Shown here: piece by piece, positions 1-12,800 of the stretch
How the letters are laid out: each line of letters starts with the position of its first letter
How positions within the stretch are numbered: position 1 is the stretch's first letter
Origin: Phoronis australis
Taxonomy: Eukaryota; Animalia; Phoronida
NCBI GenBank assembly: GCA_002633005.1
Contig: NMRA01000258.1
Location: forward strand, 186,001 to 250,000
Reading direction: 5' to 3'
DNA: 64,000 nt
The notes under the pieces: model-generated
The model's input: only the letters and a program-made list of their open reading frames with translations
Databases searched by the model: none
What the model was told of the DNA's origin: nothing
Program-made: the position numbers and the translations under genes

Positions 1-841
1 TCCTCGCCCAAAAATAATCCTCTACCCCCGGCCGTGTCAGATACCACTCCATCGTGATTTTGGTCATTTTCCTTGTAATATGACGTTGGTTTCGTAAAAT
101 GTTACAATGGTACATTTCCCGCATGTGCATTGAACGTAAAATGTAACAACTACGCAAAATGTAACAATTTGTTACATTTTAGGGGAAACGTAGCAACGTA
201 AAATGTAACAATTACGTAGAATGTAAAAACTGTTACACTTTACGGCGTATCAAGGCGTTCACAGTCAGTTGCTTGAAGTCGCTTGACGTCAAAGGTCACA
301 TTTTCTATATAAGAAAGACAAGAAAGACATGCTACAGTACGTCTGTATCTTGCAATACCAAATAAAGAGATGTGCTTTGCCCTGTGGGAGAAAAATCGAA
401 GAAGTGGCGAGTAATTGGTCGACTATTTTTTTTGCTTTTGAAATCTGAAACTAAAAGAAAAATGCTTTGATATGAGCAGAAATTAAAAATCTCAAAGAAA
501 AAAACCTAAAATAGCTGGTGAGCAGGTTGAATTCTATTTCAGCAGCTGAGAACCTTTTTCAATATTGCAATTTTGAGCTCATCCATTAACATTTTCAATA
601 ATCGGTGATGCGAACGCGGATAATTGAAGCGTGGCTACTAATGGACAAGCATAATGCCGTCGGATTCATAAAAAATTTATTATACAAAACTATGTGTTGG
701 CATTTAAATTTGTATACATCCAATCAATATTGATATCGCTCGATAAGGATACGCTAAATAAAGGGAGCACCACCGCCGACTTCACTCATCAGGCACACCT
801 ACTCTACGGATTTGTTCAGGAAAGCTGTGTCACTGATAAAG

Positions 842-887
842 ATGCTTTCATTTCTAGTCTTAGTAATATCTATGCCACAGAACATAG
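842..887 (+). CDS. Gene A start exon, signal peptide ([16 protein letters not shown])
   Basis: ATG 842, hydrophobic stretch, GTAAG donor at 888 in phase 1. Upstream acceptor TGTTCAG at 819 and a short UTR resemble the start exon of gene B. Confidence 0.65.
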
Positions 888-3800
888 GTAAGTTTTCACA
901 AAGAACCAACGTCAATGAGCAAAGCTCAGATTTTTTTATTTATTATGATACAATGCAACAATATGTTTCGTCGATCTTTTTTCGAAACAAATATTGACTT
1001 GAAATCTAATTAAGCAATAGTAAGTTGACCCATATAAGGCTGCTGCTAGAGACGGGCTCCGACAATTTCTGTTCATCCTCGCCCCATGCAGTTTCTTTTT
1101 GAGAAACCATCTGACATAATCCATTCTACAAATGGATGACGTACTACAGAATATCAGGTAGTAAGATGTGGATGAACCGATAGTGAAATCTTTCTTGCTC
1201 ATCAAATATTCTAAATGGCAATACCTTTGCAATTAGTGGAAGTTATTGCCTCTAATTCATTCAGTTTCACCTTTATCGCCACCGTTTGTTTGAACTCATC
1301 TACATTTACAAGTGCGATTAGACATATTGTACTAGCCGAACACAGTTACCCAACCCTTTTGTGTAGAGTAGAAAATCCTTACAAATTATGCTGCACGTTT
1401 AGGGGGCCCTTGCGTTAGCAACTTTTGGAAGGTTTATATTCAAATACTGTAAATTCAAAGTTTTTAAAAATTTTGAAATATTAATCGAATGATTCCAAAA
1501 ATGTTATCGGTATTTTTGTTCTTGTCGACATTTATTCGTCGGTCTGAGAATAACAATTATAAAGGTAAGATATTTTAATCATGTATATTATTGTTCAAAA
1601 ATAATTCATTCTTTGCTTGAAATGTTTTAATTTTGATTGCGCAGGATCAGATAAAAAAGACTCAAATTTAGAGCGTTCTTGGACTGGTAATTGCTTACCT
1701 AATCATGGGCCAATATTTTAAAAGAAATTATTAAATTTATGAATTTTCGACATTTTATTAAATATATGATCTGTTTTGTTATGTATTCTGGCAACTCGGT
1801 AAAGTTGTTGCAATGTTTATATAAAATTGAAACAAAGTGTCAAAGTATGTCTCAGTACATATAATTTATAATAACTTAGGAGTGTTCGTGGTGCAAATGT
1901 TTTGAGAAATCAACAATGATTGATTCATATTGCGTTAACGGTTTCAGATGAAATAAAACTAATTGACCGCCGTGTGAACGCATTTTATTTTAGTGTTTGC
2001 TATCAGAAACTAGTTGTGAAACTATAACTGATTTTATATGCTATGGTCAGATGTTAGAGGAATTTTATGATCATTGTAACTGTACACCTTTTCCCTGTAG
2101 GGTTCTGTGGAAGGGGAACTTTTGCAATTTCGCGGCAAGTTCACCAAAATATTCACGTGCACATTATTTATTTGGTTCCTTAGTCCAGTCCTTTTGCGAC
2201 TGGAGCTTAGTTTTTAACTTTCGCTACAATTATTGTCATTTACGATTACAATACTAATGTATTAGAGATATTGCAAAGGCAGACCTATTGCGTATTCAAT
2301 ATCATTATTCTTGAGGTGCGTCTTGTGGGAATGACAACGACAAAAGCAATGAATGGGCCACTTCTGGAGAATGCGACAAGAACCCTGACTGGATGCACCC
2401 TAACTGTTCACTGGCTTGTGGAAAATGCACATATGAATTTCACTTGCTGTCAGCCTAATTCTGCTGCCAAATATAAATCTTTGAGTTTTCTAATACCAAT
2501 CAGTTTTCATGATTGTGAGATTGTTTGCAAGATCACAACGCAAAAATAAAGGTTCACCTACGCTGCCAAAAGTGATCGCTTTTTGTCACGACATTTGACT
2601 TCCCTACGCTTCTTTAAAGCGACGACGAAACTGTTAACTTAATGGCATCTCGTATGTTTCTCTAGTAAGCGAAGTTGACGATAGCATTTAGACCCAGCGT
2701 CATGTTTTTTACTCAACTGAAGCATATTTATTGCGCATTTTTGTCTTATCTGTTATCAAACATATAATAAAAGCACATGGACAATATCCACAACAACAAT
2801 ATGAAATCATCAGAGAGATTGCAAAGATCTTTATATGTTCTCTTACACGTGTTTAACATTTCATCTTTATTCACTAGATGCGTCTTGTGGGAATAACAAC
2901 GACAACTGCAATAAATGGGCCACCGCTGGAGAATGCGACAAGAACCCTGACTGGATGCATCCTAACTGTGCACTGGCTTGTGGAAAATGCAGTAAGCACA
3001 AAATACGATATGATGTTCCGATTTTACCCCAATTTGAACAATCCTGTAGATTACATGATGCAGGTAACTGCTAGAGCTTGCGCGTGGTCGCTGGCTTCAG
3101 TGATACTTCTGCGAAATATTTTCACTTTTACAACGAAAAAACGCCTATTAAATTTACTTGCTGTCAACCTAATTCTGCTAACAAACATAAATCTTTAGGT
3201 TTTCTAGTACCAATCAGATTTGACGATCTTGAGATCGTTTGCAAGATTGCAATGTAAAATTGAAAGTTAATGTACATCCCGTATGTTTTCGTTCTTGGAA
3301 ACGAATCATCTTCTCTTGTTTATTTGAAGCGCTTTGATACTAGATCTAGGTGTAGTCTTTATGATATGTGACAAACAATTACTGGAGCTTTCATATGGCC
3401 GCTTTTTCAAAGGTTTTCTAAATAAAGTGGCTGGTAGCCAGTATACAAAAGTCACTCCAATATCTTAGATTCTGGGAGGAGCTTCTTCAACTTAATATTA
3501 AGTGGCTGAATTGTTCCAGATTATTTCTTCAGCCAGCTTGAAAGCGTCACATGGCCTAGTTTACCTGGATGATATAATAGAATTAGTTGTCAAACGTGTG
3601 CGTGCATTGTTGACCCCTTTTCAAAGGGATTTGTAAAGCAAATGATTTCTAGCTACATTAAATCACAGCACTACGCTGAGGGTCCGTGCGGTAGAGAGAA
3701 ATTATGTTGACTGATATACAAACTAAAACAAAAATCGTTCTCAAAATCAAATCGTTGCCTACTCTGTTCTTCTTCATATCAATATCGCAGTTAGTAATCT

Positions 3801-6800
3801 AAATTATTTACTTGTAATTTTGATTTGCACACTCTTTAAAGGAGAATGCCATCCGATTTAATTAGTCTTTTTTACCGTCTTAATCGGTCTATATCCACCT
3901 GGCCGAGAGGTGTCGCGTTAACCTTTGAGGAAGGTGACAAACGACGCAGCGACGTCAGTGGTTCATTTGCAGAGTGAATGTCGCTATGTTGCGGTGCATC
4001 TTTCCCGCTTGTCCGAACTAAGCAGCTGCGAGGAAAGTGAGTTTACCGTTGTTTCGACTTCCTCGAGAGTCCGAAATGCTTAGGAAGTGGTTCGCGGTAG
4101 TGAAGAATGAAAAGTACGCTGTAAATAGCAAGTATGAGGCCTGAAACATCTAAGTGTCTGTGGCCTGCAGTCGTAGACTGTCAGTCTGACGAATGCCGGT
4201 TTATTAAATAACTATCCATACGTTCCGTTGCCTGAGCTTGCTCACGGCGCCTCTCTAGTATTTCTTCATCGCTGTATTCCGGTTCGAACTGATAGCCTGT
4301 GAAACTTAACGATCCACCTGCGAAGTCTACGTCGGATGAGCTCTCGTCTAAGTCTGGATTACGAGTTGCCATGTTGACGTTTATTACTGAGCGTTTTGCT
4401 TCAAAATGAATTATTGTCACCCTAACCAACACTTATATAAAACTGAAACAAAGTCGTCTCATTAGATGTAATTTGTAATGCCTTTGAAGTGTTCGTGAGT
4501 GCAAATGATTTGAGAAGCCAGCAATGAATACTCACTGCGTTACCGGCTTTAGGTGCAATAAAACTAATTGACCGGACACCGAGGCCATGTGAGCGCATGC
4601 TAATTTAGTCTTTGTGAAACAATAACTCTATTTTCTATCAGTCCCTTGGGAAGGTGTTACGGGAATCTTTATTTGCCTATACATTATTCAAATACTGAGT
4701 GTCAATGTACAACTTCTGCCCTGACGATTCTGTGGCCAAAGCCGGGGGAACCTGAATTCGCGGCCCCCGACGAGTAAGTATACTTGCAGTTTCGTGGCTC
4801 ATTCACCAACATAATCACGTGCACATTACAGCTTTGGCTCACTAGCATTAGTATTTTCTTGATTGGAAGTTTAGTTTCCAACTTTGGCTGGTTTATGTTC
4901 GTGATGTCTTCAGTCCGGTCGCGACATACGTGATCAGGTTCTGAGCCACTAGCCGGGATAACAAGAGTTTTGTGTATTTAAAACTCAAAAAATCACAGGC
5001 CTAAACAACACAGATCTAGGTTCTCCTATCTGTATTTCACTGAAAAATATTTCGAATTTATCTCCAAACAGGCCCAAAACTCCTGCTACTCACCTTGGTA
5101 AATTGGCCTGCCGAACTTTGTAGGCTACGGTGTCCAAATTCCAATAAATCCGTAACAGCGAAAAAAACAACACGTTTTTATAAGAACTTGTTGTATTTTT
5201 AAGGGATTTACATCGAAGTTTGATGATTTATTGGTGTTAAACGATGAATTCAAGCGATAAGCTGACACCAGTAAGCCGTGTTGTGAACTGCTGAACAGAC
5301 TGCGTGTGAAACCAATTACGTCATTGGATAATTTCAACACCTCCGTCAGTCGTCAGGTGTCAGGTAACGCAATTGAACGTGCCGTTATCGAGTAGAACAT
5401 CGCGATCTAAATTGATACAAAATAGGTTGCTTTTGGGTGGCATGCTCTTTTAAAGGAGCATGCCACCCAAAAAACAACCTAATTTGTATCAGTTTAGATC
5501 GAGTAGTTCTACTCCATGACGACACGTACGGTTGTGTTACCTGACACCTGACGGCAGACGGAAGTGTTGAAATTATCCAATGACGTCATCGGTTTCACCC
5601 GCAGTCTGTTCAGCAGTTCACAACACGGCTTACTGGTGTCAGCTTATCGCTTGAAGTCATCGTTTAACATCAATAGATCATCAAACTTCGACGAAAAACC
5701 CTTAGAAATACACTGAGTTCTTATAAAAACGTCTTTTTTATTTCGCTCTTACGGATTTATTGGTATTTGGACACACCGTAGCCTACAAAGTTCGGCAGGC
5801 CAATAACCCCGTAGCAGGAGTTTGGGGTCTGTTAGGAGACAATTTCGAAGTATTTTCCGTGAGATACAGACAGGAGAACCTAGATCTGTGTTGTTTAGAC
5901 TTGTGATTTTTTTTAGTTCTAAACACAAAACGCTTGTTATCCTGGGCAGTGGCTTGGAGCCCGATCAGGCCCGTCGCGGCCGGCCGGATTGACTCGTTAT
6001 CCCGGCCAGTGGCTCGGAAACTGATCAGACATCACGAACATAAACCAGCCAAAGTTCAGTGCAAACTAAACTTCCAGTCAAGAAAATACAATACTAGGGA
6101 GCCAAAGTAATGTGCACCTGATTATGTTGGTGGATTAGCCACTAAACTGCAAATCTACTTATTCGCCGGGGGCCGCGAATTCACTGGTTCCGCTTAATTG
6201 GCCACCCGTCAGGGCAGAAGTTGTACATTGACAATCATTATTTGAGTAATGTAAATGTAAATAAAGATTCCCCAAAAACCTGGCCGTGGGATGGAAATCG
6301 AGTTGTTTCACAACAGTTTTTGCCAGCAAACACTAAATTAGCATGAGCTCACACGGTCTCGGTGTCCCGTCAATTAATTTTATTGCACCTAAAGCCGGTA
6401 ATGCAGTGATTTATTCATTGCTGGCTTCTCCAATCATTTGCACTCAGGAACACTCCAAAGGCATTACAAATTGCATCTAATGAGATAGACTTTGTTTCAG
6501 TTTTATATAAGTATTGGTTAGGGTGAGAATAATTCATGGCAACTCGCAATTCCGACTTAGGGACGAGCTAGAGCTCATCAGTCCCGACTTCGCAGGTGGA
6601 TCGTTAAGTTTTACGGGCTATCAATTTGAACAGGAATACAGTGATGAAGAAATACTGGAGAGGCGCTGTGAACAAGCTCAGACAACGGAACGTATGGAGT
6701 TATTTGGCCGGTAAGCCGGCATTGGTGTCAGGTATTGTCGACGTCTGCAGGCCACAGACAGAGATGTTTCACGGCCTCATACTTGCTATTTACAGCGTAC

Positions 6801-9800
6801 ATTTCATTCTTTACAACCATGAGCCACTTCCTAAGCATTTCGGACTCTCGAGGAAGTAAAAAAAAACGATATACCCGCTTTCCTCGCAGCTGCTTAGTTC
6901 GAACAAGCGGGAACGACGCAACATAGCGGCATTCACTCTGCATATGAACCACTGACGTCGCTAGCGTCGTTTCTCACCTTCCTCACAGGTTAACGCGACA
7001 CCTCTTGGCAAGGTAAGGTCGACCGTATGCGAGGCGATGTGGATATAGACCGATTAAGACTGCAAAAAAGACTAACTAAATCGGGTGGCATTCTCCTTTA
7101 ACTTCAAAATCTACTTTTAGATGGTGTTTACAACTTTGGGTTCTGGGGTCAAAGCACTCTAGAAATTCTAGAAAATCCTGAGAACAAATTGTAACAGCCA
7201 ATGATATGATTTGATATGATCATGTGGTTTTTATTAACCAGTCACTAAATAAGTAGAATATTATAATATGGGCTTAAAGTCCTTGTTGCAAACTGCCCAT
7301 GTGGTTCCAGTATCCGAAAATACTTACTACATAAATTCTTATTTTCGACACCCTTTCTTTATATTCTTTTCGCCTTTCTTGCCAAAAGCGATTTTTTAAC
7401 AGTATTTGACCCTTCTCTCTGAGCGTATGATTACCGGTTGTCATCGGTTATTTCCGTACCCACATTTCCGGCTCATCAGTTCAGGAACTTGTCCTGAACG
7501 CCGCCATTTTTTCCTTGTAACTGAATGTGCTATGGCTTGCTCGAAAAGTCTTCATTATTTTGTTTTATTAGTAATATATCGTGATTCGTTTGCATATGTA
7601 GTGTATTTATAGTTTGTAGTTAGTGGTCGTTGATTTTTTTGGAATGTTACGCGTACTTAGTATGTTAAAATAGCATTGGTGTTTAGTTCCTTACGTAGGC
7701 GGGTCGAACCTAGGAACCAATATGGGTCGAACCAATTTTTTTTCGGTTTTATTTTTTTCCTCGTTTTGAAAAAGTACTTTGCTATCATCGGAAAGGTAGT
7801 ACATTCTACTCAGTAAAAATCGAAAAAGTATCAAAATCGGGGCAAGCACTGTAAAGTTATTGCAAGTTTTGTGGCGAAATTTGGGTCACTTTGTTTGGAT
7901 CGCGTCGGCCATATTGGAGGACAGCGGGATAAGTTACGAGTTTAAAACTTTGTGTAAATTGTTTTCGCCAACAAATTACGGTGAAATTTAGTTAGACATA
8001 TCTTTACTTACTATTCTGCACGATTTAACAGTGTTCACCAAATTTCAGCCTCGCAGTTGTTACTCATTAAGTGATAAATGTGCTCACAATTCCCGTTGGA
8101 CTTCGTCTCATTTCTGGCGGCACCTACAATGTCGACTTTTGCTGAACTGAAAGGCATGTTCAATCGGCTACTTTGTAATTTGTGAAGATTTAACGTTGAT
8201 ACATTTTGACAAACGTTGCTACAAAAAAGAAACTTTGTTCAATTTTCGTGTTTTTTGTGTTTGTGGCCAGCGACCAGTTAGGCCTAAGGGTAGTCTTGGC
8301 GCAAAGCTGGCGTGCGTTCACTAGACGCTAGGACCTACGCTAGGACCTTGCAAAGTCCTAGTCCACATGTTCTCATTTAAAATACACGGCAATATCTCAC
8401 GTAATCTCGCGAAGTCATGCTTCTTAGCGAGGTCCTAGCGCTACTGAACGGGAGGCTGTATAGGCCTACTAACAAGCTGTATTTTGACTATAGTCTTCAC
8501 TGGTAGCTGGTGACTGAGGCTAACTAAGGTCTGCCGCGGCAGTGTGACACAGGACTAACCAGCCCGTAATTTCATGCAAGTGTCTGAAACTACCCTTGAA
8601 TATATGCAGCATTTATCATTTGACCATTTTACTTCGACAAAACAGCTTGCAACCGCATGCATTTACCGTTCGCCAGTGTCTGGTCTCGATCCGCACCGGG
8701 TCCGATAGGCTGCGGTCCCGAGTCTGGCAAAATAATTTCTGTCAAAATTTATTCGCCACATTTCTTCAGCAAATTCCATAAAATTGTCCGTAGTTTGATT
8801 TTATCAAAATTAAGGCGCGCTGTCGATTTTTTTATCCCCGTTTGCTGGCTGGTAACAGTACAGGCACTGCTCCAGTCGCACTGACGGCGTTTTCTCGGCC
8901 TGGGTTCCTGAATGAATTGTACTTCCGGGTTCGCGGCAAGTTCAAAATGGCGGTGTTTCTTCGGGTGCGAATCGTGAGTGGCGCGTTCATTTAAACTGTT
9001 TTCGAGTACGGATCGTGTATTAGTTATGGGGTAGGTACTTCTTGGATCCTTATAACATCTTCTAACCATGTAATAAGGGTTAACAACGCGTGAGACAAGG
9101 ACTTTAAGTCAAAAAGAAATTGAGATGCGCTATAGTAGTTGAAGCATAAAGACTTGCTACAGTGTACAAAGGAAAATTATACGACAGAGCCATCTCTGGA
9201 AGATTCTAGAAAGGATCTTGGCAAGGGCAAGGGTGAACGAACAGGAAGTTAACTAAGACCTTGTCACTTACATCGTGGGTAGTAAGATACTACCTGAAGT
9301 GTTGCGTCACCAGCCAGAGACTGTGACCAGCAAGAAGAATCGCGGGTAGAAGAAATTACCTGCAAGTATTGCATCACCAGAGAAGATAACCAGCAAGTCC
9401 ACTGTCGTTATACAGTGTGTGTAGTTCAAAGATGCACCAACAGGACAGACGTCCAACAAGTGGAGAGTCCTAGCTTGGATAGCAGATAATACATTTGATT
9501 ATTTTGGTTAATTGATTGAGGTAATCTTTAAAGAGGGCTCTAGTGTAGTTACTCTTCTTTGTAGTTCATTACTTAATTAACAACAGGTATCACTTCTCTA
9601 ATTAGGGCTTATCATATAATAAATTAATTACTGGATTTGATTATTCACTTTCCATCTACGCACAATCTCAAAGCAAAAGTACCTTTTAAACAAACCCACA
9701 GTCAATCTCTGACATTCCCCCTTGTATGGAGCTAGAATATAGTTCGCAGCAGACACGACACGGACAATGATCGCCATTTGAAATGTCGTCCTTCTGTTTC

Positions 9801-12800
9801 TTCTTTGTGGCTTAGAAGCCTTCTTCTTTTAAGTCGTGGGTTTTCTATTTCTTCTTGAACTTTTCCTGGCATTTTTCCAATTTCTTTTTAAATGGAGGGT
9901 TGGTAATCACTTCTCTTGAGCTAAGGCTTGTGGCGTTTCGGGCCTTCCGAATAACTAGTATGGCAAACGTTTCATTCACGCTGAGTAGAAGAACAGCTTT
10001 GTAATAGCCTGTGTTATTTAATGGCGTGTACTTCGCCGTCATGCAACGAATACTTCTACCGTACGCTATAGACTGATAACCAATAAAGATGAGAATTGGA
10101 CGCTGAATAACCTCCGCTGTAGCTTTCACTTCCATCTCACCAATCGTGGCAACGGGCTGCCATGTAGGGAACGCGTTCTTCGAATGATTGAAACTGTATT
10201 CTTGCTGGCATATCTGTATCGAAACTGTCTTTACTGTCTCAATCCTGACGGAGGATTGCGGTAGGCGATGTGAGTGATGACCTACTTCGAAGAGAGTCAG
10301 TCTGAGCTGCAAGGTTCTTCGTATTTGACGCATACCAGTCCAACAGCAAAAGGAGCTTCTGTTGAGGAGAATGCTTTGTTCATGAAGTGCTGTAACCAAC
10401 GGATGAGTTACTCACTATCAATCCATTCAAAAATTGTTCCTTGGGGCGCGCCATACTGCATGGTGTCAGTCATCCTGTTCCTCTTAAAGATGAGCACAGG
10501 AGGAACAAATGTGCCTGTCGCCGAGTGACACTAAACACCGGTCGTGTCACTTCCCTTTACATAACTAGTGCTGGCTTAACCTTGACGTTTTCCTGTTGTT
10601 GAAATTACCTTTGACGGCACTTGTAACGTTGAATGACTTTTTTCATCAACGTTGAAGATTCGGTCAGGAGTCATTTCATACATTTCGACAAGCTCTTCAT
10701 ATTTCATGAAAATCATAATATAAACTCTCTGTTGAAACCCTGGTTCATTTCTAGAGAGGTTGGCTCCGGTGTTCTGAGTTTACGGCTCAGGCTGACGTTT
10801 CATAAATAGGTTAAACCAATTTTCCTGCGGATTTCTTGTTTGGTTGAAAACACAGGCGCTTGAGTTTATCTGTTGCTCAATCATGACTGACGACACTAAC
10901 TAAGAAAACATAAAGGTTGGACACTCACAATCTGTTTGCTCTGAATTTCCTACTCAATTGTGAACGGAACTCCGCGAAACTTGCATCGAACGAATCTTTG
11001 AATACCTTTGATCTCTTCAAATTGCTTTCAAGTGGTGATTTGACGACAAAAATGGCAAAAGAATGCCAAAATCACAATTTCAAGGATCTTATTTCGTGAT
11101 GTCATGGCAGACGGTCTTCGAACATCCGGGTTTTTAACGGACGCTCCCGAGCTAAATCCGAAAGCCTATTTTCGCGCGCCGTCAATCCCTCGACTACTTG
11201 GTCATGAGAAGCAGAGAGCACTTGAAAAATATCATTGCCTAATAAATGTAACTACTCAGAGATATTTGTGTCAAATATAAATTTTCCTGATACTGTATTG
11301 ATATGCGAAGTTTTTTTGTGTGCTGTGATTTCTTATGAAGGTTTTACTTTTGGCCAAAACCATTTAGTTAACTCGTCGGCCACGCGCATTGTAATACTTG
11401 CACGGACTGCGTTTCCTGGCCGAGTGCGGTGTGTTGTGCTTCAATCAAAAAAGTGCGTGGTGTCAAGATGAGAAACAAGATACGCCAGTTTTATACCACA
11501 ATATTAGCGTCAAATGGCAGATACAACCGTGTAACCCATAAAGTTATCTCACTAGTGAGATAACGATTTGGCGGGAAACCGAGGACGGGGTCGAACCCAC
11601 AGGCACTTGGGTTTATCTGTTCCTCGATCGCAAATGACGTCACTCAATAATATATATAAGAAAACATAAAGGTTGGACACTTAAACTTTGCCAAGCCGAG
11701 GCTCCCAACTTCAACCGTCCAAAATCCAAATAAAATCTGCGTGCACCTCCCTCAGTCTGGTGTTGCATAAACCTTCGAAGCCTTGTCTTTCCTAGATCCC
11801 ATTAACTGTCTTCGTGAGTGGTGAATTGGCGATGGAATTTCCAAAACAATCTCAAAACTCAGAATTCAAGGACCTGAAATAGTAAACATGTCGGATTTCA
11901 GTTGTGCTTCAACTTGTACGCCTGTTGTAGGTGAAACTTCGAGTTTGAGCAAGCAACCTATATTTCAAATTCAATAATTCTTATCCAAAACTCGACTAAT
12001 TGAGAATGTTAAAGTTAGTATTTTAATGATTATTTGTAACTTTATTCCACTGACGGCTCATTTTAGCCCTTAACTTAGAATTTTATTACATAAACTGGCG
12101 TATCTTGTTTCTCATCTTGACATCACGCACTTTTTTGATTGAAGCACAACACACACTCGGCCAGGAAACGCAGTCCGTGCAAGTATTACAATGCGCGTGG
12201 CCGACGAGTTAACTCAATGGTTTTGGCCAAAAGTAAAACCTTCATAAGAAATCACAGTATACAAAAAACTTCGCATATCAATACAGTATCAGGATAATAA
12301 TTTATATTTGACACAAGTATGTGAGTAATTACATTTATTTGGCAATAAAGTGCTCTCTGCTTCTCATGATCAAAGTAGTCGAGGGATTGACGATGAAAGC
12401 CGCGCGAAATTAGACTTTCGGATTTAGCTCGGGAGCGTCCGTCAAAAACCCGGATGTGCGAAGACCGTCTGCCATGACATCACGGAATCACTTCCTTGAA
12501 TTTGTGATTTTGGCATTCTTTTGGCATTTTTGTCGCCAAATCACCACTCGAAGGCAATTTGAAGAGATCGAATGAAAGAAAGTATTCTAGGAGTTGTCCG
12601 ATGCTAGTTTCGTGGAGTTCCATGCACATTTGAGTAGAAAATTCTGAGCAAACAGATTTCGAGTTCCAACCTTTATGTTTTCTTATATATATTATTGAGT
12701 GACGTCATTTGCGATCGAGGAACAGATAAACCCAAGCGCCTGTGGTCGAACCCGGGTCCCTGAAATTGCTGGTTGCCGACTTTACCACTACACCACGCAG

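Noticed and set aside
7425-7485. Minus-strand hammerhead-like motif
   Set aside because: No proper stem II closing pair and no stem I.
9089-9664. Solo LTR
   Set aside because: It has AATAAA and LTR-like composition, but I found no convincing TG...CA boundaries with a TSD.
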